A stretch of 63,995 bases of DNA, the filler included, from Lenisia limosa (taxonomy: Eukaryota; Protista; Breviatea), in the NCBI GenBank assembly GCA_001655205.1. It is 11 parts of 11 records of this genome, joined end to end, with 100 filler letters (N's around TTAATTAATTAA, not from the genome) between each part and the next. Parts side by side here need not be neighbours in the genome. Positions count along the whole stretch, not along the records: positions 39,487 to 42,132 come from LPNZ01006603.1; positions 42,233 to 46,587 come from LPNZ01006019.1; positions 46,688 to 53,013 come from LPNZ01007821.1; positions 53,114 to 56,128 come from LPNZ01003976.1; 7 more parts are not named here. One strand, 5' to 3'. The number at the start of each line of letters is the position of its first letter. The first letter of the stretch is position 1. Positions 39,760 through 53,152 of this stretch are shown here, in pieces. The notes below the pieces were generated by a model, which did not search any database, was not told the origin of the DNA, and saw nothing but the letters and a program-made list of their open reading frames with translations. A program made the position numbers and the translations under genes.

Positions 39760-42132
39760 TTTGCACAACTCCAGCATCACCATTGACTCTAAGCATGGTG
39801 AGTTTGAAGTTGTCAACGAGGAAGGGAATGCACATAATACATGTATGTACATATAGTCTGTATAACAGGTGAGTTTGAGGAGCCTTTAGTCATTTGTAAG
39901 TTGTTTTTTTTTCTCAAAAAAAAAACACAATTTTAATTAAGTTGTATACCACCAACATTACTCCTCCACATCCCACTCAACACCTCATCTAATAATAAAT
40001 TAATATAATATATAGCTACATGTAGTATAGTGATATTAACAATAATAATCATAAAATAATATGATAATATGACACACAAAAAAAAGACCCCCATTCCTCA
40101 TCTGTACCCATCCAACCCCTCAACATCAAGGCCGATCCTGACATTCCTCATCTGTAGAGCTCCGTTCAGTTTTTGGATGACGCCGACAAAGCCGCTGACC
40201 AGGGTCTACAATAGGATAAAAGAGGGACGTTCTTGTGTGACCAGTTGTCATACCACAATATTCGCTTCAGGTCGCTTGGTGGTGATGGAGATTTCATTCG
40301 TGTCAATCTCCCCCATATTTCTTACCAGTAGACAAGTATATTATAGAATAATTAGGGCTTCCCTACGGTCCAAAAAGGACCGGTCAAATATCGATGTTCA
40401 TCGAGGATCCAGTCTATTTTGGAACCGTAGGGAAGCCCAAAATACAATAATGCTCTACCCCGCACCGTGTCAGCTTCAGGCCGCTTGGTGGTGATGGAGA
40501 TTTCTGAGTCTGAAAAGTGGTTCATCCCCGAGCCGCTTAAAATCACTGCTGCCTGCAGAGTGTGGTCGTCTGTGCGGGTGAAATTAAAGTGAAAATGAAA
40601 GGGTAATATTGAATTGGACTTGTCCTCAAATGGATAGCTTTAAAATCGTCTGTAGTTGCAAGAATCCTTTTATTTTGTTTATAAAAATACCACTTTTATC
40701 ACTTTTTATTTTTTAACTACAGACCCCATGCCTAAAATTGAGAAGGGAATTTATTTTAAAACAAAAACAGCAGCAAAAACAGTTTTAAATGCAACATCGT
40801 GGTCATCATGTTGAAATAGAAAGGGNNNNNNNNNNNNNNNNNNNNNNNNNNNNNNNNNNNNNNNNNNNNNNNNNNNNNNNNNNNNNNNNNNNNNNNNNNN
40901 NNNNNNNNNNNNNNNNNNNNNNNNNNNNNNNNNNNNNNNNNNNNNNNNNNNNNNNNNNNNNNNNNNNNNNNNNNNNNNNNNNNNNNNNNNNNNNNNNNNC
41001 GGCAGCCTACTTGTTCTGATATTGTAGTGGACAGTGACTCCCTTGAAAGCATTCACCTGAATAGGGTAAAAGCAGCGTTACATTATTCTGTTTTCTTCTT
41101 CGTTGAACATGATTCACCCCTGCCCCCCTTCCCATCATTTATCAACCCCCCCCCCTAACAGTCCTCTTCACATAACTTGTCAAATCAGACCCNNNNNNNN
41201 NNNNNNNNNNNNNNNNNNNNNNNNNNNNNNNNNNNNNNNNNNNNNNNNNNNNNNNNNNNNNNNNNNNNNNNNNNNNNNNNNNNNNNNNNNNNNNNNNNNN
41301 NNNNNNNNNNNNNNNNNNNNNNNNNNNNNNNNNNNNNNNNNNNNNNNNNNNNNNNNNNNNNNTTTGTTCACAAATTTTTTTTTAACTACCCTTTTTAGAT
41401 GAGACCCCAATTCCCTATACTCCACATCCTCTTTTTAATAATTAGAAGATAATTACCTTCCCGATTGACGGGTCTACACCCCATGCATGTAACCATTTAG
41501 TTACTGAGTTATAGAGAGAGGGACAACAGAGGGACAACAGAGGGACAACAGAGGGCCGAAAAAATAAATCCTGGGGTGTACAGAAAACAATTACTCCTTA
41601 CCTCATTTGCACTAGTGCTGGCTATAACGGATAAGCTGGACGCTAGTACACCGTCAAAGCTGAATTTAGAGTTCTGAAGCCAGTAAAAATCGGTCTGATA
41701 CGTTGGGGTTTATAAATAATTTCAAAATTTGGTCCCTTCACTTCGGTCAGAAAAAGGCCGGAAAAATATCGATAGTTTTCGGGGATATCGAGAAATCTCG
41801 TCTGTTTTTAAATAAAGCCCTAAGCGGGACATTTTGTAACGAGAACGCCATTACCCCTTATAATGACCCCCCCCATTAATACCACAAATGTAAATTCTTT
41901 CCTCTATTTTTCTAATTTCCAAAGGAACTCTAGAAATACGCCACCGCAGGTGAGGGGGAAGGCACGCCCCCGATAATTATTGTATCTGGTCGAAGCCGTC
42001 CTCACCATCACGCTTATAAGAAATATGGGATTATAGTATAATACTATATTTATTGTTCTCAACATCGGCCTACGGTGATAGTGGCGGTAGTGGCGCTGTT
42101 GGCAAGAAGGCTGGCCGTATCGAATGTGCCCT
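39760..42132 (-). CDS. Hypothetical protein fragment with small beta-strand-like exons and a duplicated exon motif
   Basis: Exon-like segments GTFDTASLLANSATTATIT, FDGVLASSLSVIASTSANE, VNAFKGVTVHYNIRT, and EISITTKRPEA(D/N) twice. Confidence 0.4.
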
Positions 42133-42277
42133 NNNNNNNNNNNNNNNNNNNNNNNNNNNNNNNNNNNNNNNNNNNNTTAATTAATTAANNNNNNNNNNNN
42201 NNNNNNNNNNNNNNNNNNNNNNNNNNNNNNNNGGTTGTATATGAGAAAGGCACATCACCCTCAATTGACCCCAATAG

Positions 42278-44938
42278 TCTCGCGCGCTGTTCAACAAGGA
42301 GAAGTCCGAAATGGCTTTAATAGTGATGGAGAACGCTCGGCTTAAAGCCAATGAAAAGAAACTTATTGAGCAGGAGAGGAAACTTAGAAGCAAGTTGAAG
42401 AAAAGCCATATGAATAAGGCCGGCGAGAGGTTGTTGGACGAAGAGAAGGAGATAGAATTGGAAACAAATATCGAAGCTGAAGAACATGAGAAGGATGACG
42501 AAGGTAACGAAGAAACTGAAAGTGATAACGCTGGTGATAGTGGCGCAGAATCTGACGTCACCATAGATGGTGATTTGTCTGAAAATGAAATTACTGAATG
42601 TCCTGAAGTGAGTGTGAAATATTTTCTTCTCCTTTTATCTCGCATTACAAGGCCTTATTCAATTGATAATTTGAATATATTCCCTCAAACATGGTATCTA
42701 CTGAGGTATTATTATCAGTTATTTCATATTTCTTGCTTGAAAAAAGGAGTTAAATGCATGCAATCTTTCGCAAGGTGTTTCTTTGGAACTCACTTCATAC
42801 AAAGGCGGCTATTATTTATTGCCTTCGTTTTACCTACCAGGTTATTTCAAATATTATCCATTTTACCTCTCTCTACCCCTTACCACCTATTACGCCAATT
42901 TATAAGTCAGAATTTTCTTCTTTTTACCCCCCCCCCCCCCNNNNNNNNNNNNNNNNNNNNNNNNNNNNNNNNNNNNNNNNNNNNNNNNNNNNNNNNNNNN
43001 NNTCCTAGCCAAGCACATTTCACAGCTTGACGGCGACAATCGACAAGAACTGCTGACGGTGTTGCTACAGGAGATGAATATCGACGTGAGGGGCTAAAGT
43101 TGACCATATTGGTTAATGTTGACCATATTAAGACTAAATGTGGAGATATATATTTACACAGTACTTTTGGCTTTTTTCAGCTTTTGCCCATCAATTTTCT
43201 ATTGGGGGGTGGTCTGAAAAAAATGAATGTTGATAACGTTGGGACTAAAGTTGGATATTGATGTGAGCAGTTAATAAGAGAATTGGATTTGGGATTACGC
43301 ATAAAAGAGGTGGAGAAAGCTGTGTGGTTGGGGAGGCGATCTGGTACTGTGCAGGACAATATTGGTATCGAAGCGAGTGTTGGGTGGTTCGACTACTTCC
43401 CGAAAAGAGAAGAACTAGTTGTTTTGTGAGGGGGGGGGGTGATCAGGGATCCGCAAAGGGGAAATGGATACCCCTCGAAGATTTTTTATTCTCTTTGAAG
43501 GAAGACATCACTGCACCCCCCCCCCCTTTTTTGTNNNNNNNNNNNNNNNNNNNNNNNNNNNNNNNNNNNNNNNNNNNNNNNNNNNNNNNNNNNNNNNNNN
43601 NNNNNNNNNNNNNNNNNNNNNNNNNNNNNNNNNNNNNNNNGTAAACATAATGTTCTAGACTGGGGCTGTCTACTCTGATGAAGAGGAGGAAGAATCTGAA
43701 AGTGATGATGGAGAAAAGGTGAGGTGCTTGTAAAAACAGCAGGAACTAAATCACAACTTTAACCTTCTTGATTTTTTTTTTTGGGGAGGAAGGAGATGGT
43801 AATATGTTCCATGTTTACTCCTCATCCACTTCTGTGTTTACTTTATTCTGATTCGCACAGTATATGATCAAACCAAAGCCAATGGACGAGGATATGACTC
43901 AAGAGGAAAAGGCTAGACATAAAATGAGGCGCTGGCTACCCCAGGTTTGTCCCAAAATATTGGTATTATTTATTTATTATTATCTTTACCAGCGGTGTTA
44001 TGCATGTATTATGTCAAGGTAAATGATTGGGTGAATTATTATTAATACACAGTATAACAGTATATCTGATATGTATGTACATAATTCAATATCTCTGAAG
44101 CATTGGCCAGATACATACTGCCTTATTTTTGTTTCTCATTTCTAAATATCAGATACATACTGCCTTATTTTTGTTTCTCATTTCTAAATATCAATATTAC
44201 GCATGTACAAAATGCTTACCACTTTTCGCTTAAATTTGTTTCAATTCCATGAAGCTGACATCCCAGGATGAAGATACGAACACAGCCTACACCCCATCTT
44301 CCGAATTTGACATCACCCCTGGTATTCTGAGAACGCTTAAGTCGAATCTCAAGAAAACCGGTTTGGCTTTACACATTGCCATACGTTTTTCTATATTCTG
44401 CCTACCACCTCCTCTCTGGAACACCTGATGCCACTGATGCCAGTACATGCATTTTACCGCTCTTAGAACCGAAACAGAAAGAAGAGGCCAGGGCGGATGT
44501 CGACGAATTCTGGCTCGCGATGCATAATCGGTGGGGGCTAATATAATGCATTATGGGTATGCACAAAAGCTGAGGAGATTAACCAAGGAAATCGTATTTG
44601 AGATGGGATAGGAGGCTTCAATATGATAATAATTAGGGCTCCGTGAAATTAATTTATTGACAAATTAAACACAATTAAAGTGTCTGGAATAGGTTTCTCA
44701 CTAGTATGTTCCACTTCAAAATAATAAAATTAATTTTTCAATCAATTGCACGGATCCCTATCTTAATAATACTATAGATTCGATGCAATTTGGGGATGGG
44801 TAGTTGGAAGCCCCAATTGCAGTAAACTTGTTTTAGCTACACCAAATAGCTCACTGTTTTAGATTTGTGGCTGTACTCGGAGACAGTGATGAGGAAGACG
44901 AGAGCGATGGAGATTGGGGGGATGATGAGGTTGGCTAG
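42278..44938 (+). CDS. WCA/VCA-domain protein (SCAR/WAVE-like C-terminus, putative Arp2/3 activator); 5'-truncated
   Basis: Coiled-coil/acidic exons, then WH2-like GILRTLKSNLKKT, central DVDEFWLAMHNRFVAV, and acidic GDSDEEDESDGDWGDDEVG* (TAG 44936-44938). Confidence 0.6.
44634..44760. mobile_element. TAGGG-terminated MITE family B (~127 bp); partial copies near 21468, 47570-47637, 62030
   Basis: Inverted ends TAGGGCTCCGTGAAATT ... AATTGCACGGATCCCTA; same terminal TAGGGCT as family A. Confidence 0.65.
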
Positions 44939-45727
44939 TTAGCGCTTTGTGACTTTGTTCTTTTATTTGACGAAGATATTTGCAGTATTCTAATAGAAAA
45001 TCACGAATATAAACCGATAAATCCAATCAATCTTTGTCTTTCTTGTTTTTTTGAATAAAGATAAATATCTGGACAGCTTCGGCCAGGTACAACCTATATA
45101 TAATATGCTATATCTATATATACTATATTGATAAATGCATTTAAAAGGTAGATCCATACCAGTGCTTACCATCAAGGACATTATTGAGGTCGGTTAGATG
45201 ACCTCCTGTGTAAGTTTCTTGTCAGGGTGCTGTTTTTTCTTGTTTTTTAGGGTATGTAACTGTGTCTTAGTTTTATTTTGTATTTTTGGTAATACATACT
45301 GTATCAATTCCAAAGAGTAGAGTGGGGGGGAGTAAAAGAGACTGGTGTGGATGTTACTCGAATCTTTTTGAGATGACTTTTTTTTATTTTTTGAGTGAAT
45401 GTGTTCAATCTCAAAAGTCTATTACCCCCGCTGTATGCGTCAGTTAACTTTCCAAAAGTAGAACTGTTTTGTGGATAACAAAGTTGGCTATATCATTACG
45501 GCAATTTTTTTAACTTTATTTAATGGTTTGCTTATGTCTTGAATGTTTTTTTCTGAGGTAAACTATCCGATCTCAGCGGAGTTTCTGGCACTCTAGAGGA
45601 CTCATCTGGGCTTTCTCATTTGAAACCTCTATAAATAAATATTTAACTTGTGTGAAACTCAGATTAGACAAATGGAAGCTAAATACCGCAAAATTAACCA
45701 TAAAAGAAACAAATGAAATAACCTAGT

Positions 45728-46394
45728 TTACATAGAATTCAAGTAGCCACGACAGTGCTTGGCTCTGCGACAGTAAACAAGGCATAAAAGGTTTTAGTTT
45801 TAAGCAAAAAAATTAATAAAAAAAAGTGTGAAATTAAAGATTCAGATACCATCATACCCGCAGTGACACGGAATCAGATTCTCCCCCTCTTCAAAGGGGA
45901 ACTTGTAGTCGTACGTGATTTCTTCGCCTTGTGCAATGCGCTGAAGGGCGAAGAGGCCGATGTGTTGTTGACCGTTCTCGTCAAAGAAGTCGGCGGTACA
46001 AGAGGGCTGGGGGGAGAGGGTAAAACGAGAAATTTCGATGAAGAATATTGGCGTAAAGGTACTAAACACGAATCGAATACAATTGGAAATTTTTGAAACA
46101 AAAAGGCCCAAATCAACTCTGCTGGCAGACAACACATGATGGTTGATAACAACAGTGAATTAAATGCCAAAACAACGCCCAGGCCAGTCACCGGGGGAGG
46201 GGGATTTGTTCTGTTAAAAAGAAATAAAAAAGAAACAATATGAATCCAAAAAAAAACTTCCCTAAAACAATAAGGGAATAAATTTCAAAAACAAACCTCG
46301 CAGGAGTGGTTAATGAATCGCGACAGATTGCCCTTCATTGTCGCATCTACCACGTGGTCGTCGTCAATACGGAAGAAGTATGACGACCCCATTC
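45728..46394 (-). CDS. SET1: SET1/MLL-type histone H3K4 methyltransferase, C-terminal SET + post-SET exons; 5'-truncated
   Basis: [33 protein letters not shown]|[36 protein letters not shown]...IPCHCG|[11 protein letters not shown]. Confidence 0.85.
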
Positions 46395-47022
46395 CTGAGG
46401 AAGCGGTAAAATTGGATAATTAATGAAACAAAAAAGGCCAAAATCAACGCTGCAATAGAGGTGGGCAAAACCAAGGCTCGGCCAGTCACTTCTGTGGGTA
46501 AATATGGATAATTGTAAAACTCAAAACCCCATAATCAACTCGAATTGGCTGAAACACACCAGGGTTTAACAAAAACAAAACAGAGGGNNNNNNNNNNNNN
46601 NNNNNNNNNNNNNNNNNNNNNNNNNNNNNNNTTAATTAATTAANNNNNNNNNNNNNNNNNNNNNNNNNNNNNNNNNNNNNNNNNNNNGTATGTGTATATG
46701 GGTGTATGGGTGGTGAGTTAATTAGCAATGTTCACTTACTAATCATTGGATGATACGCTATACTACTATGTAATGATCATTTGTCTAGCCATAATACTGT
46801 GAAGACGTGGACGGCTTCGGCCGGATACTTACTACCTTATTGTTTTATTTCTCATCGCAATACATATTACTTTGAAATTTTTCACTGGTCTTGCCATGCT
46901 ACACAACAATTTTCATTTGTCTTGCCAAACTACTGTTCATTTGTCTTGCCGCACTACACAACAAGGTTCATTTGTCAAGCCAAAATACACAACAATGTTC
47001 ATTTGTCTAGCGACACACGCAG

Positions 47023-50000
47023 GAGCAGCGTTGACCGAAGACCTTGAAGTGCTTCATTGCTATCAGGAGGTGGGGGGGGGGGGGNNNNNNNNNNNNNNNN
47101 NNNNNNNNNNNNNNNNNNNNNNNNNNNNNNNNNNNNNNNNNNNNNNNNNNNNNNNNNNNNNNNATTTTTGTTTAAAGGGGATACGAGTTTTTTTCTTTCT
47201 TTTTAATTGAACATATGACATCTATCAATTGGGCTTTTTGATCATTTAAATCCGTAATGAGCATTGGGTCTTTTAACCTTCCTTATTAAGAATAAAGCAC
47301 AATCCACACCTCTCACTACTATATTTTTCCGGGTACCCCATTTCACACCCAGGTTCTCACCATGCCCCTCACACCCTCCGGTGAATTAGACCGGGCCGTT
47401 GAGGCGGCGGCGGCAAAACACGTATTGTGGCATGGACGCAAGAAGTGGCGTAATGCGCTGGAAGAAATGGAGGTGTGTGGGGAAATTAATGTATAAAGCA
47501 GGTCCCCTCCTGCAAGTATTTGAAACATCATTTTAAAATTTGAAGTGAGACCTATTGTCATGGGAACGCTATTTCAGACACATTAATTTCAAATTTTGTC
47601 AATTAATTTCTTAAAAAAAAAATTGTACAGAGCCCTAATTATAATCTAGGTTGTGGGAATGAGTGGATTGTGCTTTAATAATCTAAAGGAATGAATACAG
47701 GGGTGGGGGATTATTGTATTGAAATAAACGCAGTTCATCACCACAATAGGCCAAAATTATTACTCACACTTTCAGAGGGAAACTCTCACTGACGTTTCAA
47801 TCTCGGACTTATCTACCGCCCTGAAAATGGCCTACGTTTTGTACCATAAGGTGAGGCTATAATGGGGAGGATAGAGGGTAGGGCTGCACTTCGGTTCGAA
47901 AAAGACCGGATAATAAATAGTTTTCGAGGATTTATCGAGAAAGTCAGTGTTTTTTCGAGCCAAATTGAAGCAGTAATTGAGGGTATAAGGATTTGAAAAG
48001 AGGTCTGCCATTACGGCGCATCGACTTGAATCCCAAGTCGATGCGCCGTATTATTAGGTCTCACTCCCCACCCCCCCAGTGCCGCTATTCTTTATCNNNN
48101 NNNNNNNNNNNNNNNNNNNNNNNNNNNNNNNNNNNNNNNNNNNNNNNNNNNNNNTTGTTTTTTGAAATTGTCCAATCTCACCCCCCTCCCAGCACTCCCC
48201 CAAAACCAACGGACAGAAGATGGTTGCCGACTTCAAGGCGGAAATGGAGGCATTTTCTGCAGCCCTCCCGGTGCTTGCATATCTCAAAAACAAGAACCTG
48301 AAGGTGGGACGGGAGGTAGAAAATCAAAATCAAGAGTAAAAGTGGGTGAGTATAAAAGTGGGTAATATTCATCGGCAATTAGAATATAATAAAATGTTCA
48401 TTTTTTCATGTATTTTTTGTTCATTTTTACCTGATTTTTTTTTTGACATGTTTTTAAATGTTTTATTGTATTGAATTGTTTCGCCATGTTTCCCTTACCC
48501 TAATAGTCTCGACATTGGAGTGAAATATCCGCGATTTTAGAGGAGAAAAGCCTCCATCGAGACTGCCTGGTGGGGGTATTGGGGATATATTTTGTATACA
48601 TAGTTATGTATATCATATGGTATTGATACTTTGTCAGTCTTTGTCATATACTATCACGTATCTTGGTTTATTACTAACGTATATTATTCTCCTTCAGGTT
48701 CAGCAGTTCCTTCGTTTGCCTTTAGCTGTCAACCAAGCTTCCATAGCCAAGATATCCAGACTGTGGGGGGGGGGGGGGNNNNNNNNNNNNNNNNNNNNNN
48801 NNNNNNNNNNNNNNNNNNNNNNNNNNNNNNNNNNNNNNNNNCTGTATAAATATTAATATTTTCAGGTGTTATCAGTTTACAATTGGTTACTATTTTAGTG
48901 TCATGTAAATGACTTAGTATTCTAGTGTGGATTGTTTTTTTTGTTAAATTCATATACACAGCAAGTTTTCGAAATACTAGTGTTTTAGTGCTGAATTATA
49001 CTGAATAGGATTAGAAGTTATGTTTTAGAGCAAGGTTAACACTCGATTGACATCTTGGACAATTGACATCGTTGTGTCAGCATTATTAAGCTTACCTTTC
49101 AAGTGCGGGATTGGAAGGCGACTTGGTGAATTTGGTGTCTGTGGTTCACGTCTTCTGGAACTCCGCCGAGATTATACTGGAGAAGGGTCCTGTTACGGAT
49201 AGTTTGTGGGTGTACATACATGTATGTTGATGATTTTGCTCAAAATGGAAAAAAAGTTGATGAGCGTTAGGAGGTCCATTTCTTAATGTTCCTTACATGT
49301 TATTCAAAAAGAGCACACAGCCCCCCCTCCTCTCTCCATTCATCGGTGTTAATTTGATTCAGCATTTGTGGTCGCGAACTTCTCCGAAATCCTGCAGAGA
49401 ATTGAGGTGGGTACTATTCTGATTATTTCACTACGGTGTATCGACTTGGGATTCTTGTGAAAACGTTGGATTCCCATATTTTTCATGGGAATCCCATGGA
49501 ATTTTATGGTAATTTGAAGAAATTTATGGGATTTCCAAATAATACATGGGAAATCCCAAGAGTGTTTGAGATATTTAAGTTGGTATTATTTCAGCTTATG
49601 TTATTTGTTTACCTGAGCTTCAAAGAGAATGAATTTCTTGATAAAACTTCGAAATCTCTCGATATCTTATCGTTATTTTTTGAACCGTGGGGAAGCCCTA
49701 TATCAGAGGATTATTAGTCACTGCTCTCAATTTTTTTAGTTTGATCTGATTCATTTGTCTACAACGAAGTCAACTCATCTCAATGAGCTTCTTGGTGAAG
49801 ATGTTGGGGGGGGGGGGTCTACAGGAGNNNNNNNNNNNNNNNNNNNNNNNNNNNGCGAACACCTAACTGAGCGCGAATAAAATCCAGTTTTAGTAGGACT
49901 TTATAGGAAACCGTAGAAAGTTTCACAAACAAGTATAAGCACAACCTCATCAAAATCTAATGCATCACAGGTCAATAGAATGTCTTGAAATTATTGTCTC

Positions 50001-53000
50001 AAGAAAGAAAAATAACTTTTGACACACCATACTGTTCTCGGCAATACTTAAAGTAACGCATACAGCAACAACATGCTTAAATAACCCAAGTTCAGTTCAG
50101 TGCAGTTCAAAAATATACTATAATATTTCAATGCTTCACTCTTAAAGAGGGGATCAAGGCATATAGTTGGGTAAATTTTCCAAAAAATTTAGTCAAAATT
50201 GGGACCTTTTTGGTTTTCTGTTCGCACTCAGGGGGTACGGTACGACTTACATATATATTTGAGGAGGCAATTCAGGGGGATAAAAGTAATTTTTAAAGTT
50301 TATCTGGTCACATAATTACTCACATGTCAGATTAAACGTCTTGAAGCGGTTCTAGAGACTTTACAGAAGGTTTTCCGAGAGTGGCAGACCTGGCAGAACG
50401 CTTGGCTCTTATATAGGGGTTTGGGGGGACTGTTTGTTGTTGAGCCCGCCCCCAATCACATCTTAATTTTACTTCCTTTATCTACGTCAGGAATATAACT
50501 TTTTAAGCCTTTTTTCTGTTTTGTTTTTTGTGTTTTTGTCATTTTTTTTTTTTTTTTTTTTTTNNNNNNNNNNNNNNNNNNNNNNNNNNNNNNNNNNNNN
50601 NNNNNNNNNNNNNNNNNNNNNNNNNNNNNNNNNNNNNNNNNNNNNNNNNNNNNNGTTCGTGATCAGTACCTTTATGGCAATATTTTTCATCGAAATTTCA
50701 TTCGTTACGCCCCCTCCCCAAACAAAACAAATAAATATACCCCCAAAAGTACCACCCTAACCCCGTAGTAATAGCCAGCCATGACCTGGGACGTTTTGCT
50801 GGAGATATTGGGCGAAGATGGGTGCGGATTGAGGCAGAAATCAGAACCGCTGTTCAGCATTTGAAGTGGTACTGTCAGATTCTGCCGGCTCTCACACAGG
50901 TGGGTATTGTGTCAGGTGTATTGGGCTTCACTTCAGTTCAAAAAAAAGACTGAATTTCTTTATAAATCCTCGAAAACTATCGATATTTTACTGGTCTTTT
51001 TCGAGCCGAAATGAAGCCCAAGCTGTATTGTGGTGATCATGTTGTATATTTATGGGAGGGGAGGGGAGTTGACTCAGTCGATCGGTAGTGCTCTACCTAG
51101 GTTGGTTACTTTGTATGGTTGACGAACTGGTGAATCTTTGCTATTTTGTAAGTTCGGGTGGGGGCTGGGGGTCTCTTTGACGAAGTGAGGAGTTTGTGTT
51201 TCGCCCCCCGCCCCCTCTGTGGTGCTGCAGAAGCGACTGGCCTTGGCTTTTTGTTTTGTTGTTATCAACCCTCGTGTTTTGTCAGCCAAAATAGTTGATT
51301 TGGGCTGTTTTGCGTCAGAAGTTTTCCAATTTTACCTCCCCCCTCCCCCATAACGCCATTTCCCCTTGCAGCCAGCCACTACAGCACTCTTCAAGGAAGC
51401 CTCAGACGTGGCCCTTTTGATGCGAACTGCTGTCGGCGAGTATATCGATGCTAAGGTTTGATGATTTTACGATAATTTTGGGGATTATTAAATGTTTTTT
51501 TTTTTAACAAGATAAATAATATATACATTAAGATAGTGATGTCATAGTGATGTCATAGAAAAATTACTTATGGTTAGGTGGAGAGATTATATTAATTCGG
51601 ACTTATTGTATGTGTCGGTGTGTTCGGGGGTGGAGCGTTCATTGATTGCTCTTTCAACTCCTTCCTCATATTTCTATTTTTGCATTTCACCCCTTTAGTA
51701 TTATTCTTTAATCCAATATTTTTCTAAGTGATGGTGTGGATGGCTTCGGTCAGATACAACCTTATTTTTTTGGTATTTTCCATTCATCACCCCCCTCCCC
51801 CCAGAGGAGCGCAATCCCCTCACTTGGTCTTCTGAGTGACGAAGCCGCTTTGAGTCTCTTATCTGCTCAAGGTGGCAGATTGGTCCGACTTTTGATAAGA
51901 GTTGGGGGGGGGGGGTGATCAGAATTATGAAGATAATATCTTTTATTATCATGAGGGAATTGATGATACGGTGCAGTTGTATACCGGTTAAACCCCGTGT
52001 AAGGCACTGTCACCTACTACTACACTACGGCGCATCGACTTGGGATTCTCGCAAGTAGACGCGTCGGAGTGTCCTGATTAGAGATGGTGGCGACATTGAA
52101 TAGAGACGGTAGCGACATTGGAGAAAGATGGTGGCAACATTGGATAGTATCAAGCCCATGAATATAAAATGTTAACGTCCTTCATTTACTCCCTGTAACC
52201 CACTGTAAGACAATGTAACGTTCTTCTAGTTTGGCCCCAGTTTGTTTGGTACTCAACCGGTTGTAACGCACTACCAAGGCGCAGGGCCCGAAGTTATTGG
52301 CCTTTCCTCTGTTGATTCGGAAGTGCTGGTTTTCCGTACGAGGGGATGGGGGGGTATGACAATCAAGAATTTTCTTGTGAGAAAATTCTTAATGGGAATT
52401 GTGGGGAGCGGTGAAAATCAATACTTTTGATAAAAACAATTGGTGAAATTATGCGAATTCCACTTCAAGCAAACAGATTTCCGTCGTATATCCCGCCATC
52501 CCCAACTTTACTCACTGTTTTAACTCGGATTAGCGAAGCCCGTCCCAGTTACAACTGCTGAAGCCACGATACAGGCTATTTCCCAGAAGTCTGCCCTGGC
52601 GTTAAGAGCGTCTTTAGCTACGGCGTTGCACACTAGAATGCCAAGTACTAGTATCGAGGAAAACGTGGGTTGTTACAACAACATGCTCTCTTAGAACTAG
52701 AGCTTCATTTACGGTTCCAAAACAAAGACAGATTCCCGATAAATCCTCGATAAATACCGACGCTGTATTCGTCTTTTGGAACCAAAAGTGAAGCTCTAAT
52801 TTGGACTGAGACTCTGATCCTTTCAGACATGTTGTATAACCTTCATCTAGTATGTAACTGAAGAATATAATGATGACTATATCTGTCAGAAACTGATTTT
52901 TTGACATCCAACCAACTTCTACTCAATAACCCTGCTATTCAGAATGGATGCAGCACAACACGCGACGAATCCGTTCCAATGGGCCGAAGCGGCCTTCTGA

Positions 53001-53012
53001 AGCAATCCATTG
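47023..53012 (+). CDS. Divergent dynein heavy chain-like fragment (N-terminal region 2/linker)
   Basis: AFSAALPVLAYLKNKNLKSRHWSEIS (RHW motif), KVFREWQTWQNAWLLY, VGEYIDAKRSAIPSLGLLSDEAALSLLS (degenerate KR..FPRFYFLS..ELLEILS), VIGLSSVDSEVLVF, in the order expected for DHC_N2. Confidence 0.7.
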
Positions 53013-53152
53013 ANNNNNNNNNNNNNNNNNNNNNNNNNNNNNNNNNNNNNNNNNNNNTTAATTAATTAANNNNNNNNNNNNNNNNNNNNNNNNNNNNNNN
53101 NNNNNNNNNNNNNCTCTCCCCTCCCCCCGGTTTGCTACCCGATCTATTCCAG

